Source: Paragordius varius (Eukaryota; Animalia; Nematomorpha). Taken from it: a DNA stretch of 64,000 bases. Shown piece after piece: positions 38,001-52,213 of this stretch. The notes below the pieces were generated by a model, which was not told the origin of the DNA, searched no databases, and was given only the letters and a program-made list of their open reading frames with translations. The position numbers and the translations under genes are program-made. The stretch spans positions 3,162,001 to 3,226,000 of the forward strand of contig OZ176051.1 in the NCBI GenBank assembly GCA_964247055.1. Direction: 5' to 3'. How positions within the stretch are numbered: position 1 is the first letter of the stretch; each line of letters starts with the position of its first letter.

Positions 38001-40809
38001 TCCTAAATAATTTTTCTAATAAGTCTATCCAATCTGTAAAAACTAGAAAAAAATATGTTGTGTTTGCATTTTCCAATTTTATGTAATATCTAATAAATTC
38101 CTTACGAATGCCCATATATATTTCGAATGGGGCCCACCAGGTTTTTCGAGTCAGATATAGTAAACTTGATCTGAATTTTTCAGTATTTTTGGAACTGATT
38201 TGAAGAAGTCAAAGATTATTAATTAGTTCAAAAGGGGGAGGGGGGGTGGCTTTTTTGAGAGTCTGGGTTGGGTATGTTGTGGCGAAAAAAATTATAGTAC
38301 TTGACGACGTGAGCTGCTAAATTCAAACTTTTTTATTTAATTTTTAGTGATAAAAGATTTGTTACAAAAATATTGATGACCCATAAAATACTTTTAGATG
38401 TTGCTTAATTATATTACAATGAAAATTATGCATTATTTCTATAAAACAACAATTTTTAACTCATATCCTATATTAAAATATATCACGTAATCGCGGCTTT
38501 TCTATTAATTCTAAACGTATTATAGCGAATACTTGCGGTTTTTCGGCAATACAAGAAATATGAGATGATATACTAAATCTAGAAAATTCCTTCCCAGACG
38601 CACTCTTAACAGCCAAAAAAAAATTTACAATTAAACAAGAAATACTCAACACAAAATAGTTAAGGACAATATGTGGTCTTATCATAATTAATTTCAATGA
38701 AAAAAAATACTGAGCTACCAGGAAAACAAAATGTATCAATTCAGCTATCTTTAGCTGAGAGGACTAGCTTATGTAATAAAATTTTAAATTTGATGAAAAG
38801 GTTAAACCTTTTAATTAGCTATAAAATCCGAAGCACCTAAGTGGTACATTGAACAATGTAAAAAAAATTTAAAATTTTATTGACACCTATATTACCTAGA
38901 AGTTAGTATGCGTAAGAGAGTTATAAGATAAGGAGTTTCGGGTTCAGATGCCGACAAAAGAGTCATAGCTTTTTGTGTTTTTGTTTGGTTTTCTTCTTGT
39001 TTTGAATTTGGAGCATTCTTTTTGAACTTACTATTATGCAAAAAATTTTCGGCATCATTTAAGCTGGATGCTAATGTCTTTCCATCATGAATGTCTAACG
39101 AAATTCCCTGTATGAAATTAATTAATATTAGACAAATCTTAAAATGTGATACACAATTTCAATTTTATTCATTGTTGTGTGAAAGGAGTTCAAAAAGTTA
39201 AAATATGGTTTTACTGTTATATATATATATATATATGGCCAAATAATACGAGTTTAAATATATTAAAATACACTTAAACAATTAGTTTAATGTGTATAAA
39301 CAAAAATTTTTGATACACAATATACGAATAACAGTGTCCACACTCGATAAATATGTATATTCTGATACGAAAAAGTATCAGGATTATTTTTTGGTTCTGG
39401 CCCTTACTACTTTAAAAGTTATTTACACTTTTGTAGGAAGTGCTTTACATAAGAAAATGGCAAAATATGCGCAAATTTTTCAATAATTTTTTTTGGTAAA
39501 AGCTAGAGGCTTGTTTCCAAAAAATATCACAAAAATACATTATAAACTACATATAAAAAGCCAAACAATATTTTCAAAAAATTTAAATTTTTAGATGTGG
39601 GCTCCGAAAGTCCCAAATATTTTTACTCTTTTAAAATGGGCTAGTCCTCTTAAACTAAACGAAAAATGCCGGGATTGAGCAATAAATTTAAATATATACC
39701 AAATTTGAGATCAACTTAAAACAATTTTTAAAAAATGTATACTTTTTTCAAAAATTAATTTTTACCAAAATTTTGTTGAAGCGTACTTTATACTATTTTG
39801 AGTTGATGGAAACGGTTAAAAAACGATTTAAGATCATATAAAAACTTTTTGTCGATATAATTCAATGAAGATGAACATTTCTTATCGCTTCAGAATTTAA
39901 AATTAAAAGTAAGTTCGCTTAAAACATTTGGTGATTTTTTATAAAGTAGCAATATTTATTTTACATAAATTTGATAAAAAATTTATGAAACTATATTAAA
40001 ATAATTTTTTTCAATTATTGAGTAGTTACACTTAAAATCTTAACATTCATATTTTTTATTACGTAAAAAACTTATATATCACAAAACTGATATTGTTTTT
40101 TATTTTTTCGTAATCTGTTTTATCAGCGTATAAAAAAAGTATTGTTTTATTTTGGAATCTTACATGAGCGGGAATTATATAATATATAAATTTATGCAAA
40201 ATAGGATTTAAATTAGTAGAATATCAGCCATCAATCCCCATAAATCTCTATAACAGGTTTGTTTTAACACAAATTATTTTTACTTACGGATTTTTGGTTG
40301 ATATTACACTACTTGTTTTGGATTAATTTATATATTCCCGATAATATTCCAAAATAAAACAGTAGTTTTTTATATGATGACAAAAAATGAAAAAGAAAAA
40401 ACAATATTTTACTAATTTTATTTTGATAAGTTTTTTTACTGATTAAAATATGAAAGATTTTGATAGTGAGTTTAGCTAGTAAATAACTGAAAACATTATT
40501 TTAATATAGTTTCATAAAAATTTTCTAGTCTTTTTAGTACGTTAGAAAACGCGATTTTTTATATGAATTTTTATACTCTAATATGATTTCAGGCTATTTA
40601 TATATATTAATTATCTGCTAAAATGATAAGAAACCATAATATCTCAAGTTTTATCATTATTTTTTATTTATCCTTAGTTTTCACCTTTTGCCTCATTTTG
40701 ATTTCAAAAACTAGGTCGTCAACAAATAAAAATTTTGCGGCAAACGAATATGCTGGTCATAAGCTATCTCACGAAAAAAAATTTTTTTCGTTAAAATCTT
40801 TTTGCACAC

Positions 40810-40850
<41 letters not shown>

Positions 40851-43800
40851 GAAAAATGCATTCTCATGGTTATTTTTGCCACTTTAAAGCTTACGAGTCA
40901 TATAGATTTCGACCTTAGTGCCATTTGCTTTGTATAAAAACTTCGGAAAATTAACACACATTAAATTAATTTTAGGCATAAGGCAAATATCCTAAATCCA
41001 AATATTTGTTAATATATTTCAATATATAAAAAATAATTTATATTAATATTAATACTTATATGTCGAATTCAGGTAGATTTTAAAATTTTTCTAAAATGGG
41101 TTTGTTTTTTCTGAACAAAAGTGCCATAACAATTTAATAATTTGCTAAATTATGACATAAAAATAAATTTTTTGAAAAAATGCATACTTTTCTTTAAATT
41201 TTAGCGCTATTTATGGATTAAAACATGGTGGAATCGGTATATAAGCACCTTTTTAACATAACTCGATGATGCTAGACTATTACCTCAGGATTGTAGTTTT
41301 TAAAGTTGTTAAATTTAAGTATATTTTTTTTGTGAACACGGTTTTATTTCACTTAAAGAAGACGAACAAATCTTTAAATTAAAATTCTGAGATAGTAGAA
41401 ATGTTCAGTCATATAGAAAAGGTGCTTTTACAATATCTTTTTCATACCGTTACCACATTGCTTGGAAAACCCATAAAATACCTGCGAACTAAACTTTGCT
41501 ACAAAAGTTAACACGATGGATTTTTTAAAAAAAATTTAATGTTAAAATCTATCATATATCAAAAATTCTTATCGCTGCGTATATTAAGAAACTAATCGAA
41601 TTTAGGGGGCTTTAAAAAATAACTTTCAGAACCCATATCTAAAAATTAAAATTAATATAGATATTTAGCTTTAAATATATTTTAACTTTAGCTTTTACAA
41701 AAAAAATTATTTAATTTATTATGCGTTAATTTAGAAGCTTTTAGATATGGATAACCACAAAAGAGAAATATTTTAAAAATCTTGTAAGTCCCGAAACAAA
41801 AAACACCAAAGAATCCTGATGCAATTTTCTATCAAAATATATATTATATCGTCAGGATATTCTGTGATCTATGTATTTGGAAAAAAAACAAGAGAACTGA
41901 GGAAAATAGTTGAATAAATAAAAAAAATTAACACAAGTTTTTAAAAACAATAGGATTTTGAGACTCCTAAAAAGGCTTTTAAATAATCTAAAGTTAATAT
42001 TTTTCATGCAAGTCAACTAAAACATTTTTTAATTAACTTCTTTTTAAGCAAAATAAGAATGTTTTTACGTTAATAAATAATAAGGAGAACCTATCAATAT
42101 AAAATTAATTTTTTAGGTATATTTTTGAGCTTGAATCAAAAAGATTAAAATTTTTTCAAGGTGGAAACCAATATCAATCAACAAAAAGATAAACTCTAAA
42201 ATTATCCGAAAATATTTAAAAAACTACCAATATGGCTGCTGCTTTAGTTAACTGATCAAAGTTGCTAGGAGATGGGGTTGCGTGATTTCTTAAAACTGAA
42301 AGGTTAGGAAAATGATTATATATGATTTTAGCAACTGTGATGTTGGCCAACAACATCATTTCTTCAACCAATGAATTTGTAGCGCTTTATATTAATAAAT
42401 TTTTTTAATGAATAGTAAAACATTGACTCAACTTTTAATTAAAAAAAAGTATTATTAATGACAGTGCTATTTTATGTATCAGCCTTGTGAGCGAAAGAAA
42501 TAAAGTTAAAAAAATTATCAGCTGATTTTCAAATATTTTCTTAATAATATAAGTTATACATTTGCCAACTAATAGATACATAATTAATTCGTTTTATAGA
42601 AATTAGATTAAAATTATTGATTAAATATGAAAACTGTTATTAAAAATCATAAATAAAGGGTTTTTTAAGAAATTGTTTAAATGTTAAATATTATTATTAA
42701 ATTATTGAATAACATTTACAGTATGACACATATTAAAATTATAAAAAATCGGTGTTCATTTAATCTTACCATTAAAATTAATTCCATTTTTTATATTCTG
42801 AAAGAAGGTAATTATCCATCATTACTTTTAGTTAACTATATTTTTGTCCCAAAACTTTAACCATTATTATAATACTTAGGTTTATTCTATTATGTTATGG
42901 GCAAAATATTGATGATCAGTTGTTTATCCAATATTAATTTTTTATTTTTGTCTAAAGACATTGTCATAAAAGTTTCCAAAGAATAACATAATAAAAAATA
43001 ATATAAATTTAAGCTGTACTAATTTTGCTTGGTAGTTAACGTTACGGGTTCATTTGTTTCCGAATCCATCAAAAATTTCATTTCATTTGAACTTAAAATC
43101 AAGGCCCTATCCAAAAATATAATAAAATTTATATAATTATTTCATGAAAATAATCTTCCCTATAATTTTGATTTATCACACGCTACACACAATAATTAAT
43201 TTTTGAAATAATAATTTCCCTATGATATTTTATATTCAAATTTTAATTAAATTGGTCATAGAATAAGAAATCAAGTTAATTACCATTTAATAACCTTTTG
43301 GAGTTTTTGCATTTTATAAATTTAAAAAACAAAACAAAGTTTTCATATGTCTTATAATTAAATTTGGGACGCTATTTTAAATAAAAAACTCGTTATACTC
43401 CAAAAAATAACATAAAAACAAATTTGAATATAAAAGTATGAACTCAAATGAAAAAAATCATAGGAGAAAACATAATAAAAAATATGGCAAGAGTTTACCG
43501 CTTAGACTATAAAAATAGGTATATACACAAATAACAATTACAGAGAATCTGGAGAAACTAAAAAATGTTATAAAAATATCCATCTTAAACTATGGAAAAA
43601 TATACCAGACACTCATTATTGACTACTTTGATCAAGAATATATATATTAAAATAATATCGCATAAATTTGATTATAAATGAATGCCTAAGAATTAAACAA
43701 ACAATACATAATTTTTGGAAAATTCAACGAAATGCATATTAATCGTACTCAGCTTTATTTAATAGTTATAGTAAATAATACCCCTGTTCTAGTCGTTTAG

Positions 43801-46800
43801 CCTTAAGCTTTTTAGTTATGGTATTGAGAAAATATATAGACTTTGATAAATTGTATAATAATTCAGGATTTTCCGCTAATTTGGGATTATCTGCAAAGGC
43901 CATTAATGCGCTTGACTTTTTCCATTGAGCTAAATTTTAATTCACATCATCATATGGTTTTCACATTTTATTATTACCAAAAATGTAATCGTAATACCGA
44001 TAATATACGTTTTAAAAATGATAAATAGGTATACGCATTTAAAATATATTATATATGACTTTAGATAACCACCAAATTTAAGTTGGTATTTGTTAGAAAT
44101 GTTTACTAAAAATACAATTTTGACTCTCAATTCGTTTTCAATTTATCCTAGCAATGACTTTCATGAATATGAAGAATGATCTAGGTGGCCCAAAAATTGG
44201 TTTGCTTCTGTTTAAAAAAAATATTTTTGCATAAAATCATATATTTTTCAAAAATACCCAGTTTCAGGTATAACACTTCCGGTTAGGATTGTTAAAAACG
44301 GTTTTGCAATTCTTAGGAATTTAAAGATAGCTATTTTTATTATAAGAAATAATAAATATCCTCAAAAATGTACATATACGACAAAAATTATATTATATTT
44401 TTTTGTAAAAAAATATTAATAAATCAAATCAATATATCATGTGTGGATAATTGTTCTATTGAGGCTTCTTCTGAAAGCTTCGACTCTCTCCTGCTCAGGG
44501 CTAATTGGAAAGTTGCAGTTTTGAAATTTGAACTCTGGCCACATACACAGATAATTTCCGGGCGGATACCATTATGCTTCCCAAAAAAGTCAATTTTTTG
44601 GTTTTGAAACCATGGTTTTGGATTTTTGGTTGTAAAACGTTCTGGAAAAAGGTCAATGATAGTGTTATTAATGGGATAGTGTTTGGCTGCAACCGGTCCA
44701 TGCACTTGAAGATTCAAAATTATCGAATTATGGCATGCCGATTAAAAAGTAAAGCCTTTGTGTTCCGAAGAACTCGAAAACTAATATTTCTGTTTAAAAT
44801 CATTCCTAACGTGAAAGCCATTATCAATTTTGGAGAGATGAATTAATCTGCGAACAATGGATCAAATATATTAAATCGCATCTGATAATATCAAGAATGC
44901 TTATTTTAATTGCAAAACGAGTGTTTATAAAAAATTACAAAAAAAATCATGAACATAATACAGCGATATACGCAAGTGTTTTTTGGGAGCATCGATCTTT
45001 TTCAATATCAATTGAAAATTTAAATTGGTAAAAAAATAAGGGTATAAAAGTAATAAAATTTTCCTTGATAAACTACGTAAGACACGACAAACACAAAGTT
45101 TATGTGTTTAACATAAACTAGCTGTGCCGTGTCGCGCGTCACGGTGACTTAATCGCTGCAATAATTTGTAAATCTGGATCATTTGCAACATGGGAATAAA
45201 AAATGGTGCAATTTAAAAGGATGGCTCATGTGTCAATTAAGTGCTTTAAACTATTTCATAACTTTTTCGAAAAATATTAGAAGGGTTTTTAACTGTGAAA
45301 AATCTTGCCAAGTTATCAGTTTTAAGTTAACCCTTGGATTATATCTAGCTCCCTAACAATCTTCTTGATTTAAGAAATTAATCAAAAATGTTTTTTTAAG
45401 TTATGATTTTTTTAAAATTGATTAAAAGATTTAGCCTAATTTTACATAAGCTGATGCAAAAAAATGCATAAACTATGATTGGTTTGCTAATAAAATTTAT
45501 TCTACTTATTTTTTGGAAAATTAATTTAAAATTTTACATTTTTAAAATTAGTTACATAAGATAAATTAAATATTTGTTGTGTTTTTGAAATTAGTAACAT
45601 ATAAATTGTCAAAAAATACACTGCCAATAAATTATTTGTAATATGGTAAAGTTTGATCTGCGCGCCGACGTCTCAACCGTTTCAGGAAGCGTGATGCGCC
45701 ATCGGAAATGTTTGGAATTAACAAATGTACTTAAATTATGGAATGATATTGTGTTATTCCTAATTAATACAAGATAGTTAAAATGTGAACATCCGAATTA
45801 GGGTAAATTATTCGTCATAATTAGGTATTATTGGTTTGGTTTGGCCCAGTTATTGGGATTCCATGGATTAATTTACGATATATGTCTTTATCATTTGTTG
45901 CATTTCGAGGTATGTTCAAGAATTTAAAGTCTTGTTCTATGATTTGAGTCCAAGTTGTTTTAAGCCTCCCTTTACGGTTGGGGGCAGAAATCTGTAAATC
46001 AAGAATTTCCTTTGTAGGTGAGTTTATACTGGATCTGTCTATGTGTCCAAATACCGAAATCTATTTGTTCTGATAAAAGCTGTTATTGGTTCAAGTTCAA
46101 TGGTAGAATTTATCATAATATATTTTAGCATTTTGTCTTCCGTTCTTTTCAATCTCGATTCTAATGTTTTTGTGATTGCCCAGGTTTCGCAGGCGTAGGT
46201 AAGGGTAGGGCGAACACCCACTTTATACATTTTTTTATTTTTTACGGTTATGTCTTTATGTGTCAATACATATTTGAGTTGGTTAAATTTAGCCCAGCCG
46301 AGTTTGATTCTATGTGATATAGTTGTTTGAGCGTCCCCATTATTATTACTGATATTACCTAAATAGGTGAAATCGTTTACGAATTCGAACCTACAATCTT
46401 CGATACTAAACTCCCTTGATTTAGAGATGTTTGGTTTCCCTGATATACAGCTTTGGCATTTCCAATCCCCACCTGCTCGCGGTGATACCCGCAATCCCTT
46501 CTCGGGATACTAACGGGGATGGCGGTCCGAGATGACCGAACTTTGTAAAAGAGATTCTCTAGCTTTGTGCAGCGAAAACGCACTCTCACCTCTGAGTTTG
46601 AGGTTCAGCTATAAGGGTATAGTTGGTAAAAAAACCTGCCAAATTATTTAAAACCATGGTAATATTGAACAATTCTAAGAATGAATGATATCACTATGAA
46701 ACGACCTAAAAACACCACAAATATTTCAAAATCTATGTTAATGAAAATTTTTAATAACAATGTTTTTATTTCTCTTAATAAAAATTATAATAATATATAT

Positions 46801-49800
46801 ACAAATAAAAAATGGGACCATCCAACAAACAACACCAAAGTTAAACCAAAATATAGAAACTATAATAAGATAAATATAAATAATTCAATCCCTAAGCGTC
46901 TCAAAATTGGCACTTGGAATGTTGGTACTATGAACGAAAAACTATGGATGGTTTTATACACAATCGAAAAATTTGGCGTAGATATATGCTGCATCCAAGA
47001 AACGAGATATAAACATCAGGTCTAAAAAATTTAAAAGGCTATACATTATTTTTTACCGAAGGAAAGCAATCTCAAGCTGGAGTTGCAATAATAATAAAAA
47101 ATGAACACAGAGATAACATTCTTCAAATTACTAGGCACAGCGACAGAATTATACAAATCAGATTGTTAATACAAAATTCAATATACAATATAATGTCATT
47201 GTACGCGCCTCAACGTGGCCTTCCCGACGTAATTAAAAAGGCTTTCTGGACCCAATTGCAAAACATTTCATTCAAAATTCCTACATCCGACAAAATCATT
47301 ATAGCTGGCGATTAACGCTTATATTGGCAGCAACGAAGGATTCAAAGGATTGCATGGTGGTTACAGCTTCGGAGAGATAAAGAAGGAGAAACTCTGCTCG
47401 AATTTCGCTCATCTATACAAATCCATATTGCTAATACCCTTTTCACCAAAAAAGACAGCAAACTGATTACCTATACATCAGGCTCACAAAAATCAACAAT
47501 CGATTATACATTAACAGGAGAAAACCTGAGGCATCTGATTCAAAATACAACTACATATAATACGGATACACAACACAAATTACTTGAAGTACATTAAAAT
47601 TAAAAAACCTACACCACAACCATTCCAACCCAAAATAAATACCTCCAAACTAAAACACATAGAAATATATAATAATTTTGTTAGTAGTACAACAAACGAA
47701 ATAAAAATGGATTTTCAATCAGCAGAGGAACGATGGAAAAACTACAAACAAACGATAATGAATAATGCTGAAAAATGGTGTGGAAGGAAAAAGAAAAGCT
47801 CGCGACAACCCAAATGGTGGTGGGATGACAGCGTGAAACCCTTACCCCTGAGAAAAAACGAGCTGCATAAAAAATGGAAGATATCAAAAAATAATAAAGA
47901 CCAAATCATATACAATCAATATAAAAAAACTGGTAAACAAAACTATTAAGGATTTAAAAAATAAACGTAGTATGGAAATGGCGGACGAGCTGGAAAAGGA
48001 CATAGATAATATGACAATATTTAGAAAAATCAAAAACTACAATTAAAACCAAAAGGATATTGAAAATATTCGTTGCGTTAAAATGATGAACATAATATTC
48101 TTATCAATCCCAACGACATAATAAACAGATGGGAAAAATTTATGAAAACTAAATTTAACCCCCCCTGAATCTAAGGTTACTACACATGAAAATCCTGTCA
48201 TACAAGGTCCCATTCAGGAATTCATCCAGAAGAAATAGCAATAGTAATGAAAAACATGAAATCTAACAAAGCCACTGGGCCCTCTGAGATCTCTGCAGAT
48301 TGAAGGCTACACCGATAACCGTTAAATTTTTGGTAGAGCTGTTTAATTTGGTATACAAAAACAACACAATACCAACCGATTGGGACAAAAGCTACATTTA
48401 CCCCGTTTATAAAAATAAAGGAGATGCCCTTGATTGCTCCAACTACAGCCCATTAAAACTTTTGGAGCACGGAATAAAAATCTTTGAAACAGTTATCAAA
48501 AATAGAATCAAAAATATAACAATAAATAAAAATCAATTTGCTTTTCAAGAAGGTAAAAGCACATCGGAACCCATTTTTATTTTAAATCGCCTACAAGAAA
48601 AATACCTAGCAAAAGGTCAAAAGCTGTTCCACATCTTTATAGATCTGAAAAGAGCGTTTGACACTATATCCAGACACCTCATAATTGAGGCATTAAGGTA
48701 TCAAAAAATCGAAGTATATTAATAAAATTAATAATGCTCCTGTATGAACATGCACAAAGCTGCGTTAAAACACCAGTCGGAAACACAAATTATTTTAATA
48801 TTAATATAGGACTCCATCAAGGGCTCAACTCTAAGCCCACTACTGTTTATAATAATATTGGATTACATAAGCAGAGACTTTGCAGCTGTTCCACCATGGA
48901 ACATGCTGTACGCTGACGACTTGGTTATAACAGCAAAAACAGCTCATGAAATGAAAAGTTCATACCTCAATTGTAATACCTGTTTCCAAAAACATGGGCT
49001 AAAAATAAACATAGAAAAGACGAAGGTAATGTTCACAGGAGATGAAAAAAGAACCATAAAATAACCTTGCTCCATTTGTTACAAAGAGGTTAAAACGAAT
49101 TCCATTCTATGTACATCGTGTAAAATGTGGGTCCATAAAAAATGCTCTAACTTGAAAGGAAAATTAATTGACAATAATATTTTTAAATGCCAAAGCTGTA
49201 TATCAGGGAAACCAAACATCCCTAAATCAAGGGAGTTTAGTATCGAAGATTGTAGGTTCGACGTCAACGATTTCACCTATTTAGGTAATATTTAAGTCAT
49301 AATTGTAAAATAAAAAAAATCTATTAAATATTATAATTTTTAAAATTCAAGGCATATAAGGGCGATGTGCTTAACTGGTATGGCCGTTGAATGATGCACG
49401 CATGGGTCGCATTTAAAAATTAAATGTCGGAGAGTTTGCTGGTAATGTTTGTACATTTTCGTGACACTATTTTTTACATGCAGAGCAGAGAATAAATTCA
49501 AATCCAACATTTAATCCGCAAACTCCGCAGGGTATTTAATTTCATTGTGGGGTTGGCTCCATAATCAGACTCCTCAAACAATAGTGCAATTAATGCCAGA
49601 ATAAATCGTGCCTGGGGAAAATATCATCAGCTAAAATACATACTTAAACAAAAGCATATATCTCTTAAAACAAAAGCTTAATTTATAAAATGGGCATAAG
49701 ACCAGTTTTGACATATGCCACAGAAACCATGGTATTGACACAAACTCAAGAGAAACGTTTTATCAGCGCGGAAAATCGCATACTACGCCTGATGTCAACG

Positions 49801-51071
49801 CAACTAAATCCCCAAGATATCCGCAATCATACAAATGGAGCCAATAGACAAATTCATTCAACTCAAAAGAATGAGGTACTACGGTCACCTTGACCGTATG
49901 AATCCTGACAATCCGATCAGGACCTCCTTCGACATCATTCCACCCGGTAACAATAAGCCCAATCGCCCACGTTTAACCTGGGCTAAAAAGATTGATCTGA
50001 ATTTCCAACAACTCAAACTGCTAAAAACAAATTTATTGATAAAAACTATTTTATAAAAAGCTGGATAGTTTACGATGTACCATTAAAAATCAATGTTAAA
50101 CAACAACATTAAATAATATTACAATTAAAGTATGAACAATATATGTAGCATTTACACCTTAATTTCAAATCCCCTCCCAAACGATCAAATTTACTCATGA
50201 AACTTTTAAAATTATTCTTATTGATATTTGTTTGTGGAATAGTTTATCATTATTAATATTTTATTACTCATTTTGTAAATTAAAAAAAATCAAATTTTAA
50301 AAATATCAAAAAATATAAGTAATTTCTAATTAGAGTATATTGTTTTTATATGGAAAGGTTTAATAATACTTTTACTACAACAAGGCACTAGAAATTAAAA
50401 ACTAATTTTTATATATAATATAATAGATAAAATTATCATGATAACCATGCCAAAAACAAATATTTATGATACGTCATTATATCCCAGAATATACTTAAGA
50501 TTTATTATGAATTAAACGTTTTCAGGGATGATTTGGAAGTCCTTGAGGTGTAAATGGAATATTAAAAAAGCATTATATATTACCTGATAAAATTTTATCT
50601 ACACCTAAATCTACATAGGCATCCAAAAGATTCTGACCCTCTTCATAAGTGAGCTTAGCACTAGAACGAATTATAGTTTTGGCTACTTCGGACTTTATAA
50701 TTTCTGAGGTTAACGGATCCACTTCCCATAAAACAGAAAATGTTAGTCTACAAGTGTCAAAAAATATTATTATATTGATAGTGTAAAAAATTGGCATATA
50801 ATCTTATATGAGAAAATATTAAACAATTTAAACATGGGTAAAAAATGAAAATATTTATAAACTCAGTATATACTTAAAAATTATTACTTATATTACCCAT
50901 TGTTGCGTGAAATTTACAAACACCACTAAACTGAAAATTAACTGATAATGTTATTGAAAATAAATAAAAAAATTAAACTGACACTAAATAATTGTGACAC
51001 CTCATTAATCGCAGATTATATCGTGTTTGTTAGCACTTATCAGTCAATACAAACATTTGACTTGGGGTTTT

Positions 51072-51112
<41 letters not shown>

Positions 51113-52168
51113 TATATAACTTTGCAATTTTGGTATAAATGCAGTCAATATATGTATTCTAATTTAATTTCGAAAAAAAATAACTGAAAATTAAAACATT
51201 ACTTCACTGTAGATTAGAAGCCTATCCCCTTAAAGATTTATCAGAAATCCAAATAATTATTAAGCAAGATTCATTTTATTATATAAACAAAGGTAAAGTT
51301 AATATTGTAATAAATTAAAATACGAAATTAATATATTTGTATTAACAATTGTTAAATTAAACTGAAATGATATTATAACCTAAAAATTAAATTTAAAAAA
51401 TTATGAATACATTAAACGGCCCACAGAAGGTATGACTAATACATGTTAGAATGGAAATCTAAGGAAAAGAGGCAAGGAAGACTGCGAACAAGATGGATTT
51501 TAAAAATAAATGATAATAAAATTTACAATATAAATGGCATACATAAACCGAAATGAGAGAAAAAATTTGGCAAATATCACACATCAAACCGCCAGTAGTG
51601 CAAACAAATGGATGATGAAGAAATAGCGAAAATATTATATATTTTTATATGTGTTCGCATTTTTTTCGAGAAAGTTTAAAATCTAATAAAATATTTATTA
51701 GAGCCCATATATTTTTCAAATGCGGCCCAGGAAGCCATTTGAGTTGGGAAACCTGTTCTATACCGTTTGCTTCAAAATATCATAAAATATGCCTCGATTT
51801 TGCTAAAGTATACTATTTAAAGCAAGAAGGCATTTTATAATAATCGTTTTTATCAAAGTTTTATGATATAAATTCAAAAATGTGCTTTATATAATGTTAT
51901 TAACGGAAACGGGCACCATCCAACACCCAATCAATAGGATACAAACGGGGGGAAGGGGGTGGCGATAACCGTACTCTCGAAAGAGAGATTAGCTATCAGT
52001 CAAAATAATACACCCACCTCTGTGGTTATGGTTTAGTTATAAGGGCATATAATTTATAAAAATCTGCCTTAACTTTATGAACCAATACGAACGAATGCAT
52101 TAAACTATTTGCAAAACATCACCTCACCATTTACCTATAAGGCTGTTACAATATGATAAAATAAATAA

Positions 52169-52213
<45 letters not shown>

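Noticed and set aside
44400-44900. Less AT-rich island with 66-97 aa ORFs on both strands in a DIS3 intron
   Set aside because: No recognisable domain or termini; probably an old TE fragment, but I cannot support a call.
45115-45150. ACTAGCTGTGCCGTGTCGCGCGTCACGG hairpin resembling a Helitron-like end
   Set aside because: The other end could not be identified; a single short motif is insufficient.
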